Below, piece after piece: positions 36,101-47,288 of a stretch of 64,000 bases of DNA; position 1 is the first letter of the stretch; every line of letters begins with the position of its first letter. Both the position numbers and the translations under genes were made by a program. The DNA lies in the NCBI RefSeq assembly GCF_009834535.1, contig NC_045707.1, positions 60,328,001 through 60,392,000 of the forward strand. The letters are read 5' to 3'. The notes beneath the pieces were generated by a model, which saw nothing but the letters and a program-made list of their open reading frames with translations, searched no databases and was not told the DNA's origin. This stretch comes from Camelus ferus (lineage: Eukaryota).

Positions 36101-39100
36101 CGTCTTTGCTGCAGTATCTTTATGTGCAGTCGCCAGCCGGTAAGGGATGTCATCACATCTTCCAGTCCCTGGGGGCGGTCGGGTCATAAAGCGGGTTTTT
36201 AAATTTTTGTTCACGTCACCTGACCCAGCTGGTGCACTTAGGAGCTGCTTCTGAGCCATTTCACCCCGGCCCCGTTGCTTTCTCCGTTGATGAAATGTAG
36301 TTAGGGGCTGTTTTCACTTTCCCCCATCTCAAGGACAATGAGAAAGTAACTAGGGCGGGGAATTTATTTTTAATGCGTTCAACTTTACTTGGTGGAAAAG
36401 CACTACACACTCCAAAGGCGATTCTGTTTTTATCGTTCAGCTGAATCTGGCGTTGGTGCCATTTAACGACAGGAACCTACTGGCCATGTGCGGGTAGCGT
36501 GCTGATCTCATAAACACCCGCAAGTGTGACATGTCGTTGTGGTCAAGTGCCAGGTCTGGAGTGAGAGGGCTGGACCTTCAAACCACTCATGATCTGCGTG
36601 AACTTAAGTATTCAGCCCTCCTCATTGGTAAAACGAATAATAATAGCGCCTGCTTCATAGGGGTGCTGTGAAAATTGCATTAAATTTAATAAGATAATAC
36701 ATCTGAAGCACTTAGGATAATAGTGCCTGACACCTGGTAAGACTCAGTAAATGCTAAACTTGTTGGAAATAAAACTGAAATATAACAGATACCTAATTTT
36801 TAAAATATGCACTATGTACACGGAGTGGCTCTCCATGCAAAGAGACAAGGAGATTTTCTTCAATTCCTTGTTTGCTTCATAGGTTAGGTAGGTATTTGTC
36901 ATCATTTATCTAGAAAACATCCTTTATTCCTTCAGCAAATATTTTGGGAGGGCTCAATCTAAGAATGATACTCAGTGTTGCGGATACATTGATTAACAAA
37001 AAACAGACTTGGCTTCTTCAGAATGAAAATGACAGCCCAGCACAGGCCATGGACCCTTGGACCATGATGAAGCCTGTGGAATCCTCCTCAGAATGTTTAC
37101 AAATGCACAGAATTAAATACATAGGATTATACAGGAAGCCATTTATATTGAAATACAGTTAGAAAATGAATTTTTTAAATTATAGTAATAAAAGGATCTG
37201 ACAGCATGTCCAGTCCTCTCATAACTTCAAAGTTGTGGTGAGCTTAACACTCTCTTAAGAAACCTGCCGTCACTGTAATGTTACATGAATACACCCAGGC
37301 CTTTTACTTGTGATAAAGTCAAGGTCCTGTTATGCTGTTGTGATTTGTGGCTGGTGATGTTAACTGAGGGAAATAGAAATTTCAGTTAGAAGTTTGTAAA
37401 AAGAAACATTATTTTCCCCATCCAAATTCACTTTCCTCAACTTGGATTCAGTGGAGCTCATATTAATAAACTCCCTCAGGAGACACGCGCATCCACCCAG
37501 CTGTCACACAGGTGGATGTGGGATTTCAGTCATGGCCAGTGCTGCAGAGAGTGGTGTAAGGCTGGGAGGGCGCGGAGAGGGCTGGCCTGCCCTGGGCGGG
37601 GCGGGGATTTGGTTTATTGTGGGTTCCCGTTGAAAGGACCCTGAAGGATGGAAGCTCGTTGACTTTCACCTTGTTCTGCTTCTGTTTCAGGATTAAATGG
37701 CTTCAATGTGCTCTTACCTGGCACTCAGACCCCCCATGCTGTGGGACCACCTTCAGGCCAGCTGCCCCCGCTCGGTGTCCCATGCATGGTCTTACCATCG
37801 CCGACACTGGGCCCTTTCCCTGTTCTCTATTCTCCCACGATGCCCGGGCCAGTTTCCTCCGCTCCCAGCGCTCTCCCAAGCACGGGACCTGTGAATTTTG
37901 GCTTGCCTGGCCTTGGATCAACAGCTCATCTTCTCATCGGCCCTCCCACCATGGTTAACCCCAAATCGTCGGCACTCCCCTCCGCAGATCCTCAGCTTCA
38001 CGGTCCGTGCTCACTTAACCTGAGTCCAGTGATGTCTAGATCACACAGCGTCATCCAGCCTGAATCCCCCGTTTATGGAGGACATTCGGTCTCTGTGGTA
38101 AAATTACAACAGGTGAGCCCTGAAGTTTCATTTCAGTTCAGCACAAGAAGGCACATCACTCCCGGATGAGATTTGCCTGCATTTAATCAGATTTCAGTCA
38201 AACAACATAGGACAAGGGCTCTAGGTCAGATTCTGCCAGGCTTCCATTGTAGACCCAGAGTTATCTGCTTGTTTTAAAAGCACTGAGACCTCAGGCGGGA
38301 AAGCGTATGCTTTAAAGGCAAAGATAGTTTTAGTTGTCAGTCTGTTTCTTACAATCAGAAGGGACTTACAGCACAGTTCAGGGGGATTTTGGATGAATGC
38401 TGAATATTCAGATGATTTCTTCAGGCTTTCATTTGATTAGGTCAGTAAAGGAAACCACCCTGAATTTTAATTGTGCAGCTATAGAAACAATCATGGGAAA
38501 CAAAAGTCTTGATACTAGCTCAAAGTATTTTTAGCATCTATCATTTCTTAAAATGTAGTGTTTAAAAGGCCGTGGATATATATCCAGTTTACCTTGATGT
38601 GTATGTATGTGTGTGTGTGTACACACTCACATGAAATATTTACAAATGGACATATATAAGTGTATAGAATCAATATAAATTAATCAGCACTATATTTGTT
38701 CCCTAAACTCCATCTGTAGTTCAGTCAATAAGCTTTTGTTGAATTCTGATTATGTATTAGACATTGTTCAGGAGTAATTACTTTCACTCCCAGAAAAAGT
38801 TATGTTATAGCCAAAACTACTTTTGACAAATAATTCAAAGTCTCAAAGATTTGCTAGACATTTAAATAAACATGTTAGTTTTTAAACAAGGCAATTATAA
38901 CATAAGCTTTTTGATCACCACTTAAGAGCCAGGCACTGATCTAGGCAGTAAAAATATAACAGTAAACAGGAAGATACCTGCCCTTTTAGGGCACATTAAG
39001 GGAATAAACATATAACATAAGAGGGGGGCAGGTGCTCAATGGTAGTGCACATGTCTAGCATGCATGAGGTCCTGGCTTTAATCCCCAGTTCCTCCATTAA

Positions 39101-39807
39101 GAATAAATAAATAAACCTAATTACCTCTCCCCCGAAAAAAATTAAAATTAAAAAAAGTAATAACATGAGAGGATAAATATTAGCAAGTAAACAAAAAGAG
39201 CAAAGACACATATACTTACACTTTGCCCAGCATAATCTAAAGCACTTAATAGATATCTCATTTAATTCTTACAGCCCTGTGAAGTTTTATCATCCCATTG
39301 TACGATGCAGAAACTGAGGGACAGACTGGTTAAGTAATTTGCCCGAGGTCACACAGCTAGTTTGGCAAAGCCCAGACCCTGGCTCCAGGCGCCAGTGCCA
39401 CACGTGTACCCTCTTCACGAGGCTGCCTTTCTGTACACAAAATAAGTCAGTTTCCAACTGTGCTAAATGTTTTGAAGGAGATAAATCAGATGAGTGTGAC
39501 AGAAAAGCAAAGAGGATGGAACACCTGCAGAGGGGTCACAAGGACATAGGTTAAGAAGGGGCTTCCAGTTCAGAGATTGGGAACAATTTGACTTCACTTC
39601 TGTTTTTATTTACTTTTTTTTTCCCTCTAATTTCAGTCACCAGTTCCAGTGACCCCCAAGAGCACGCGACGCACACATCGAGAGACGTTTTTCAAGACAC
39701 CTGGCAGCCTCGGGGACCCCGTCCTTAGGAGAAGAGAAAGGAATCAGTCACGAAACACCAGCTCAGCGCAGAGGAGACTCGAGATACCCAGCGGTGGGGC
39801 CGACTGA
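9064..39807 (+). CDS. E2F7: Transcription factor E2F7, spliced CDS of 12 coding exons, 2730 nt / 909 aa
   Basis: join(9064-9156,16652-16927,19436-19604,23667-23957,25199-25357,26832-26966,31189-31374,31897-31969,34165-34663,35884-36139,37691-38112,39637-39807). All GT-AG, phases consistent. Two E2F DNA-binding domains ([26 protein letters not shown]); N-term MEVNCLTL, C-term [11 protein letters not shown] match E2F7. Confidence 0.97.
11780..12360 (-). mobile_element. Degraded L2 fragment
   Basis: Purine-rich L2-like text (gaggaaccagtgaaggaggctgaggaggaacagtcagaagtagg); boundaries approximate. Confidence 0.5.
12838..13262 (-). mobile_element. ERVL LTR (LTR33-like)
   Basis: ggatttcctcgcaggcagatctga...gaagggaagggaaggcagcagaattgg...gtgtccaccaca resembles recalled LTR33-family consensus. 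Confidence 0.55.
13659..13766 (+). mobile_element. tRNA-Ala-derived SINE (camelid Vic-1 type)
   Basis: ggggagggtatagctcagtggtagagc...tagcatgcatgaggtcct...atccccagtac plus AT-rich tail; TSD tatcaaagtg(g/c)t at 13647-13658 and 13767-13778. Confidence 0.9.
14522..14895 (-). mobile_element. L1 3'-end fragment
   Basis: Reverse complement of the L1 3'UTR at 1900-2230 (ttccctgtgctatacag, tgtgtcaatttc, agattccacatatgag). Confidence 0.88.
14969..15110 (-). mobile_element. Vic-1-type SINE inserted into a MIR
   Basis: Poly(T) tail then reverse tRNA-Ala-like head; perfect 12-bp TSD cctcagtttctt at 14957-14968 and 15111-15122. Confidence 0.92.
15813..16134. mobile_element. hAT-Charlie non-autonomous DNA transposon
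   Basis: Termini cagtctactcaaag...tttgagcagcactg form imperfect TIRs typical of Charlie elements. Confidence 0.6.
16652..16927 (+). CDS. E2F7: E2F7 exon 3 (contains PIDLS CtBP-binding motif)
   Basis: aaatag|GAAAAC ... CAG|gtaaag; [25 protein letters not shown]...DSLQ; 276 nt. Confidence 0.97.
19436..19604 (+). CDS. E2F7: E2F7 exon 4 (DBD1 N-part)
   Basis: ctgtag|CTTGAT ... CTCG|gtatgt; [15 protein letters not shown]; 169 nt. Confidence 0.97.
23667..23957 (+). CDS. E2F7: E2F7 exon 5 (DBD1 RRIYD motif)
   Basis: aaacag|GCGTT ... TCCT|gtaagt; [16 protein letters not shown]; 291 nt. Confidence 0.97.
25199..25357 (+). CDS. E2F7: E2F7 exon 6 (DBD2 N-part)
   Basis: ttgtag|CATCT ... AAAA|gtaagc; [19 protein letters not shown]; 159 nt. 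Confidence 0.97.
26832..26966 (+). CDS. E2F7: E2F7 exon 7 (DBD2 RRLYD motif)
   Basis: ttcaag|CAAAG ... AGCG|gtaagg; [22 protein letters not shown]; 135 nt. Confidence 0.96.
27817..28093 (+). mobile_element. Internally deleted Tigger1-like DNA transposon (MITE-size)
   Basis: Both Tigger1-like ends present: cagacatacttggttttattgcac... and ...ctgcaatctctctgaggtctgccta. Confidence 0.8.
28585..30290 (-). mobile_element. Old L1M fragment, interrupted by a MER2-like element
   Basis: T-rich antisense L1-like text (gagcttcttggatctatgg, tcttcaagttcac, gttcttgagctttgttctgggatgc); boundaries approximate. Confidence 0.6.
29632..29937 (-). mobile_element. MER2-like (TcMar-Tigger) MITE with TA target duplication
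   Basis: TA|cagtcagccctc...agggacaactg|TA; internal ttgagcatctgcagattttggta matches recalled MER2. A second MER2 end fragment lies at ~18467-18562. Confidence 0.82.
31189..31374 (+). CDS. E2F7: E2F7 exon 8 (contains RHGSFN phospho/14-3-3-type motif)
   Basis: atttag|ATGAA ... CAAG|gtacct; 186 nt. Confidence 0.95.
31897..31969 (+). CDS. E2F7: E2F7 exon 9 (not in the ORF track)
   Basis: ttttag|GACCA ... TCACA|gtaagt; [23 protein letters not shown]; 73 nt, links phase 1 to phase 2. Confidence 0.94.
32756..32911 (+). mobile_element. Vic-1-type SINE (best-preserved copy)
   Basis: agggtatagctcaagtggtagagcgcatgcttagcatgcacgaggtcctgggttcgatccccagtac, tail aaacctaattacctcccc; TSD tgaaagccagg(g)aag on both flanks. 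Confidence 0.93.
34165..34663 (+). CDS. E2F7: E2F7 exon 10
   Basis: ttacag|GGGAGAA ... AAG|gtaggg; [12 protein letters not shown]...[15 protein letters not shown]...SLVMSK; 499 nt. Confidence 0.95.
34739..35498 (+). repeat. ~180-bp direct duplication in intron 10 (copy 1 34739-34921, copy 2 35318-35498)
   Basis: Shared text gtctcagaaagcagaagcactgtcgttacagcc...gtatatagcctggggtcacagaacag; 11 substitutions and a few small indels by hand alignment. Confidence 0.95.
35884..36139 (+). CDS. E2F7: E2F7 exon 11 (contains a KEN box)
   Basis: gcatag|AAACCC ... GCCG|gtaagg; KPSDSTD...[22 protein letters not shown]; 256 nt. Confidence 0.95.
37691..38112 (+). CDS. E2F7: E2F7 exon 12 (Pro/Ser-rich)
   Basis: tttcag|GATTA ... 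CAG|gtgagc; [10 protein letters not shown]...VVKLQQ; 422 nt. Confidence 0.95.
39025..39159 (+). mobile_element. Vic-1-type SINE
   Basis: Degraded tRNA head, tail aaacctaattacctctcccc; TSD ataacat(a/g)agagg. Confidence 0.88.
39637..39807 (+). CDS. E2F7: E2F7 exon 13 coding part (not in the ORF track)
   Basis: tttcag|[65 protein letters not shown] 39805-39807. Confidence 0.96.
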   Translation, partial: SPVPVTPKSTRRTHRETFFKTPGSLGDPVLRRRERNQSRNTSSAQRRLEIPSGGAD

Positions 39808-41856
39808 CCTGACGCTTTGCCCGGCGGGGGTGGGACAGAGCCCCCTGAATGTCCTCTGTGTTGCAGGTCACGTCCTAATGCAGAACAGAAACCAGGATGC
39901 AAACCACCCGGACTTCAGCACGCATCCTTCCTCTCTCCCACATCACCGCTTCCAATGTTATCTCCCTGTCATCATGAAGCATCTGTTTTCCTGAAAATCA
40001 TTGTTATTAATCATGCATTTAATACCAGTGCGAGTCCAGACTCTGTGCATGGTGTCACCGTGAAAGCACCAACTGACTTTTGTGGTTTTGATTCAAGATT
40101 CACCTTATTGCTGGAAGTCGATCAGAACAACCTCCTGAACCCTTGTGGGTTTTGTAAAGGTGGCAGGGGCAGGGTGCGTCTAGCACTTAACTAGGGTGAG
40201 CGTTCTGGGCACATATTTCCCCTCACCGAGTAGATGTGTGGTGAGAGGAGCTTCCTCTCTGCAGTTTAAGAAAGCTACTGCTTCCTTTGGCTTCATCAGG
40301 AAGCCAACTTCAGTTGTGAATCCTATGGTATTATTTATTTTGTTCCTGAAATGGGATCGAGTGCAAAAAAGTTTACAACTACAGCAAAAAAACACATGTG
40401 TTTCAGGGTGTGACGACATGAATGTTGATACTTTTTTCCTGTAATTTGACCTGCACTTATTTTACAACCTAGTAATAATGTGGATAAATGTCTACACATG
40501 ACCAATGTCAAGACCAAAATACCTGTGAAGGATACACTTTGCTCTAATATAATGAACTGTGCTCACCCTCTCTGGGCATGAGACCACGACGAACTCTAGC
40601 AGCCAGATAGCTGCTTCTCATTAACTATGTGAGTGGTGAAGTCTTACTGTTCATTTGTAAAACTCCGACGATGATCAGTTTCCTTCACTACGTGCCCCTG
40701 TGGGTTTTTTATTTAAATGTTAACTGTAGAGTATCGGGTATGGGGTGCCTTCTAACAGTTGTTTATTGAATTAATCAGGATGGTAGAAAGGAATTATCTG
40801 GAAAATTGGAACCTGGTCGAGACTTCTGGGTAGGATTGTCAAGAGTGACGATGTAGAAAATGCTATAGGGTGATAGGTGACATTTTAATTTTTTTTCTTT
40901 TACTTTTTTTCTTCCTGTTCGGAAGGGTAAGAGGGAAGATGGACATGTTATGTTCAGTATCCAAGAGTGGTATTCAAACTAGAGTTATTTTTCAGAGTAC
41001 TTCTACAAAATAAGAACCAGGAGTGCAGGGGTTCATTGTTCTAGCATGAATACAGTTCTGCAGACTTACGCAATACCCCTCTGTTAAACTGTGTGACTTT
41101 AGGGTTTCATGAAGTTGCCAGATTAGATCTTTGTGTCCCTAGATGTACTGCTGTGTTCTTCATTGTCTCTTCAGAGCAAATGGCTTCCTCCCTCCCTCTC
41201 TCCCTTCCTGGTTTCCTTCTTTCCTTCACGCTTTCCTTTCTTTATGCCTTTCTCCTTTTTTAAACTTCTTAGATGTGGAATCTCAGTGCAGGATTTTATT
41301 TTATTTTTATTTGGGGACCCAATAAAATGTTCTATGAAAGAATGAAAATATTAATTTAAGAGACTCCGGGAGTCTGAGTAAAGTAGCTTTATATTAACTA
41401 CAGGATAATATTAGCCTTATTACCCCCACAAGGTTTTTTTGAAGACTTGAGGTAGGTAGCCAGATTAAATAAATTTGCTATTATATACAATGTTTATCAA
41501 CACTAAACTTTTAAAGTTTACAAGATGGTATTTTTTTCTCCCTTTTTCACAGTCTTCTCTAGAGTTAAACAGATAAAAAGTGTGATTCTTATTATCAGCT
41601 AATCTAATCTAACTGCATGATAAAGATTACCCCGAAATGATATGATGGGTTCCCGATCAAAACAAAGACATGCCTTTTTCAAGTAGATTATAAGACATGC
41701 AGCATGTAAATCTACACAGGGTATGTGCATTTTAAATGTATCATGCTTAAGCCCTTCCACAAAATATTTTCACTTGAGAGGTCTACATTTAGATGAAAAC
41801 AGATTGATTTTCTCCTCACTGTCATGGGAAGCCCACCGATTTAACTTCTCTGCTGT

Positions 41857-41888
<32 letters not shown>

Positions 41889-42655
41889 TCGGTTCGCAAT
41901 ATGACCACATAAACCTCAGAGAATTCACAGTTCTTGAGGGGTGTTAAGAGGCAAATCCATAAACGAGACTATGATTCTGCGAGCAATAGAAAACCAAGAA
42001 CAAATTCCTTTTGTATTCAGTCCTTACTTCTTCATGTGGCTCTGTGATGTGTGAAAATAAAATCGTAATGTAGTGGCTGTTTCCGTCAGGAAAGTCAGTC
42101 TGTTTGTTACAGAGCAACTGACGGTACTGGAGCAGTTAAGCTAGATTTGGATATTGGGGTAGTGAAGAAGCCGTGGCAATCTTCAGTCCGTTGCTGTACA
42201 ATTTAGTAAAAGAAAAAGAAAAAAAAAAAGATTGTTGGTGATTGTGCTAAGGAAATGCAGCTTTGAGTTAGCACTGAGGGAGGCGTGGGTGCCCCACACC
42301 GTCCAGGGTTTTTGAAACCCTTTCATTCTGGTACAAGAGTTGGGGGTGTAACTTTTATACTTGAACCTACCTACCAAGTTTACATTTCTCAATCCCTTTT
42401 TGTAAGGTGCTATTTCTGTATTTAAATAATTTTTTCCCCTAATGTAAAGCTGCTTTCTGCTTTATCTTATTGCACTGCTAGTTTTATGTAGGTATTAATT
42501 TTATTGCTGCTTACTGCTTTTTTCACATTACTCAGCTCTGCTATTTCTTCTAATGGCTATATTATCTACATAATTTTTCTTTTAGAAGAATTGTTTTTCT
42601 TTTAGAAAAGTATTAAGCTTTATAAAATAGCAATAAAAGTTAATTCTTTTCACAA
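39808..42655 (+). other. E2F7: E2F7 3'UTR (~2.85 kb)
   Basis: AU-rich, no recognisable transposons, many miRNA seed matches; ends after AATAAA 42632-42637. Confidence 0.8.
41858..41885 (+). repeat. (T)28 homopolymer in 3'UTR
   Basis: Read directly; length subject to assembly error. Confidence 0.9.
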
Positions 42656-42685
42656 GTGATGTTGGTTGCATTTGTTGGTCGGCTT
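42632..42685 (+). terminator. E2F7: Main polyadenylation signal of E2F7
   Basis: AATAAA 42632-42637, CA dinucleotides ~15 nt downstream, then GT-rich gtgatgttggttgcatttgttggtc. Confidence 0.8.
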
Positions 42686-44478
42686 TCTGTGGGGACCAAT
42701 TTCAGTAAAACCATTCATAGTTGCAACACAGCTAGCCAAGCCTTCATAAATCCAAGTCAGAATTTTTTTGCTGAGAACTTCCGGTGGTTCCCAAACGCCA
42801 AAACTTACTGTATCAGAATCACGTGAGAGCTTGGGAGGGTTGAGAGTTTATGCTATTGAGCTTCAGATTTCTACTGGAGTTAGAATCACTGGAGGTTTGG
42901 TGCTTCCAAATGATCCTGATGCGATTCCAACATGAGAATCACAGGTGAATGCAGACCACCACCCTGACTTCCCATCATATCTGCAACGTTAAATGCTTCT
43001 CAGTCTAGCAAATGCCCACGTTTAGTTCAAAGCCAGATTCTGCTGTTAACCCTCACTTAAATAAACCTCCAGGCCAACTTAGTCTGACTTTCCTTAGCTC
43101 GCTGTTATCTCCAGAGTCAGTCATATTGCACAGTTGTCAGTGTCCCCTGCTAAATTGTGAAGTGCTGGGGAAGATAACAGCTTTGAAACCCCGGTATCAA
43201 GCCCGAAGCTTGAGACTCAGTAAATGAACCCAAAATGATGCATGGAGGCACCATAGGACACCCACCCCCGCCAACAGAGCTTACCCCTTCGCCAGCCTCC
43301 AGCGGGCTTTCCGTGGGTACCAGTTTCAGCTAAAAGATGCACAAGCCTTCCTCATTCTGTGACCTCTTTCTCCCATCACATCACTTCTTGTCCCAGTCTT
43401 CAGCCTTCATCTTAAGATGTATATAAAATAACCCAAGGTAAATTTGCTGCTGCACATACACCAGGATTAGGATTTTACCAGCAAATATTTAGTGGCATGT
43501 TGTAACGGCCCAGCTGTATTGCAGGCATCCACCATTATCTTCTCACACATGCCTGTCTTTGTTGTCTTTTAACGGTGTAAGCGGCACATTGAACAAACAG
43601 GAAACAGGACCCATGGAGTAACTGTGAAAGCAACTTGGTTTTGTCTCCCAGTGTCCCTTGAAATCTGGTCAACGAGGGTAACCCACTCACCCTTGTAAAA
43701 CAGTAGGTCAGGTGCTGTGACCTCCCTGTTACTGTAAATAATAGAAGATCTATAGTCGTTTTAAATTACTAGGACGGTCCTGGTTCATTACGCAGAATAA
43801 GCATGTAAAACTTCTTCCGCTAGGGCTTTCTACAGCCTGGTCACTGCTGATGGCCCTTTGTCTCTTCTCTGCTGGGCGTCTCTCCTCTCGCAGTGTGCTG
43901 GCCTAGACTTCTGTGCCCAGCAAGGTCAAAGCAGGGGCGGTGGGAGAGGTGAAGACAGCGGGACATCAATGGTTTAACTGGCACTGTTGTAAGCAGGCTT
44001 CCATACAGTGGGACTTGGCAGATGTTGGAGTTGTTTTGTGCGGACAGATCCTCAGAAGCCTCAGCCTGGGGACACTTGCCTGAACTTCCTTGGATGTAAG
44101 CAACACATTTCCTCCAGCTGCTCTTCCCCCCGCCATCTCTGGTTTTCCTGCCATCCACTCCACATAGCCAGCTGATGGGGCAGGATTTAGAATGGTGCCA
44201 GGCTGGCTCTATCTGCCATTAGCCTCCATCCAATGCCCTTTGACTTGATTCTTGGAGAGAAGGCCCAGCCAAACTCACTGTAGCTTCTCCCTTCTCCCTT
44301 CTCCCTCCCTGCCACAGCTGCTACCCACCCAGATCCGCCAGCCAGAGTCATTCATGGGAACACGTCTCCAACTGCAGGCGAGAGGTGAGGCAGGCAACAC
44401 CCCACACCTCCTCTTAGTGGCTCTAGGGGGACAAAGATGAGGAACCACAGCAAAACTGTCCAAAGAATCTCTACCAAG

Positions 44479-44637
44479 CAACAAGGTCCTACTGTATAGC
44501 ACAGGGAACTATATTCAATACCTTATAATAGTCTATAATGAAAAAGGTATATATATGTATTTATATAACTGAATCATTATGCCGTACACCAGAAATTAAC
44601 ACATTATAAACTGACTATACTTCAATTAAAAAAAAAA
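44479..44637 (+). mobile_element. Short 5'-truncated L1 3' end
   Basis: ctgtatagcacagggaactatattcaata...aaactgactatacttcaattaaaaaaaaa, nearly identical to 47100-47265. Confidence 0.88.
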
Positions 44638-45668
44638 TTTCACCAAATCCATTTCTATTTCCATTTGTTCAACCCTTTCAAGGCTCTTTCAAGGCCTTGT
44701 GGGTGAAGGAGTTCCATAGTGTGTAACTGGCTTGCAAAAACCTCCTCTGTCCATTTTTTGGAATATTTACTGTAACCCACTGCTGCAGCCAAGCTCACCA
44801 TTTAACATCCTGTTAAACTAGTTATAAACTTCCACTGTCCAAGATTTGCATTTTCCTAGATGACTGTTATGGCACTTAATATCTCACCCTGCAGAAATTA
44901 ATTCTGGATAGCTGTTAATTTGTTTTTTTGTATTAAGATCAGTTTGATTAGTTCAATGTCCTTTCTGCCATGAAAATGCTTCTGAAATGAGGAAGTCCTG
45001 TTCAAAGCTCAAATATTTTTCTTCTTTTCATTCTCTCGTATTGATGAGTCACTGAAGAAGACACCACCAAATGGTCAGAGATCACATTCTGGTGAAATGG
45101 AAGAATTATAATTGTCAAAGTGTCTGTTCTGCCCAAGGCACTGTATCCAAATCTTTGTTGGTAAATAGCACCATGGTAGTCTTCAATTTGGGACCCTCTT
45201 CTATACCAGCAGCCAATCTCTCCCCAACTGTGCCCCGAAGAACTAAACTATTGATAGATACTAGGAGTCAAATAAAGGTGGGCAATTATGGTAAAACAAA
45301 ATTAAACGGTTAACTTTTTTTAACTACAGGATTTGTTAGGGCCTTAAATTTGCGAGAGGAAATACAGTAGATAAACAAATTCTTTAAAATGGGTTTGAGA
45401 GAGGGATGCTTTTTTTTTTTCCTTAGAGCACCTTACAAGAATAAGGTTCAGCAGAAGTTACTTTGAGAAGCAATGAATTAATCTACCACATAACCCTCTA
45501 AAACTTTCTTAGTCTTCACTGAAAAGAAAAAGGATATTAGCTTCTTAGAGACCATAGATACTTCATATCTGTAACCACAATGCCTGCTACAAAATGTGCA
45601 CAGAGTAAAAAACTGGGGGGAGGCACACTGGATGGATGAGTTAACACAACTGCCATGGACCTGTGAAT

Positions 45669-45910
45669 CAGCTGGACAACAAGCATGCCGACCCCCGACA
45701 CAGCTGAAAATTCACATATAACTTAGGGTCCGCCCCTTACACTCAGTTGCTCCGTATTTGAAGTTCCTCCACATCCTGGTTCTGCATCCACATATTCAAT
45801 TGATCCCAGATTGTGTAGCAGTACTGTAGTGTCTATTATTAAAAAAAGAAAATAATGTGTGTCTAAGTGAATCCACACAGTTCAAGCCTGTGTTGTTCAA
45901 GGGTCAACCA
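45669..45910. mobile_element. Tigger2/MER8-like MITE
   Basis: Terminus gttcaagcctgtgttgttcaagggtcaac matches recalled Tigger2-family TIR. Confidence 0.7.
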
Positions 45911-46640
45911 TACATAATATTTTTAAAAACCCTTAAAGGACTTTCTCACTGCATGATTCTACGTACATAACAGTTATTTAATAAATCATTGTGGTATAGC
46001 TTGTTTTTTGTTTTTAGTTTAGACGAATGACCTCCACTGTGCCATCAACACATATAAAAATGGATGGAATTGTGACAATCCTGCTTCTAAACCTCCAGTG
46101 AAATTCCAGGCAGCATCTCCCTGACTCTTAGCATCCCTTCCCGTTCCTTTCACAGTCTGGTCCCAACTCGCCTCCCCAGCTGTGCTAGATATTGTCTACT
46201 GACAGCAGCCTTTTCCATTCCCCTTCTGAGTCCTTCATCACAGGATGTGGAAGCCTGGGAACCACTTTTCCAATTCCCCTGGCTATCAGGTTCTAGATGA
46301 GCTTCCGTCAGTTAAATGCACTCATTGGAGATTTGGTATAGAGAAAGGAAGCTAAAGCTCTTCTTCCTCTTCCCCTGGAGCAACTCATGAACAGATCGCA
46401 GCAGACTGAGTTTTTGTAGCAGCCATTCTTTATTCTACTGTCTAGTCCAAGACTATGTATCAGTTGTGATATTGGCAGTGGGTTTCACACTGGTCCCAAC
46501 CATCAGGAAGAAACGGCATCCCCCTCCAACCTGTAGCAGCCGTGGTGACATAACCTAAGCACTTCACAACAACCCCTATTTCTGCTTTCCGTCCCTTCTA
46601 GCAATTTTGTAAGCACTTAATTCTCCCTATTAAAACCACA

Positions 46641-47288
46641 GTCCCGTTCCTGGGCATATATCCTGAGGGAACCTTAATTCAAAAAAGATACATGCACCCC
46701 AATGTTCATAGCAGCAATATTTACAATAGCCCAAACAAGGAAACAACCTAATTGTCCATCAACAAATGACTTGATAAAGAAGCTATGGCATATTTACACA
46801 ATGGAATACTACTCAGCCATAAAAAATAAAATAATGCTGTCTGCAGCAACATGGATGGACCTGGAGATTGTCATTCTAAGTGAAGTAAGCCAGAAAGAGA
46901 AAGAAAAAGACCACATGATATTACTTATATGTGGAATCTAAAAAAAAAAAAAAAAAAAAGACAAATGAACCTATTTATAAAACAAAAACAGACTCACAGA
47001 CATAGAAAACAAACTTAAAGTTACCAGGGTGGGAAGAGGGTAATAAGGGATAAACTGGGAGTTTGAGATTTGTAGATACTAACTAATATATATAAAATAG
47101 ATAAACAAGGTCATACCATATAGCACAGGGAACTATATTCAATATCTTCTAGGTAAAAAAGAATATGAAAATGAATATATGTATATTCATGTATGACTGA
47201 AGCATTATGCTGTACACCAGAAATTGACACAACATTGTAAACTGACTATACTTCAATTAAAAAAATTATATATATTTAAAAAAAAAAC
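46641..47288 (+). mobile_element. 5'-truncated L1 (ORF2 C-terminus, 3'UTR, A-tail), adjacent to an ERVL LTR16-like relic (~46185-46636)
   Basis: ORF 46702-46941 MFIAAIFTIA...EYYSAIK...ICGI* homologous to 1461-1928. Confidence 0.93.

Noticed and set aside
42366..42376. CCTACCTACC as a let-7 site
   Set aside because: The let-7 seed match needs TACCTC; the sequence has TACCTA.
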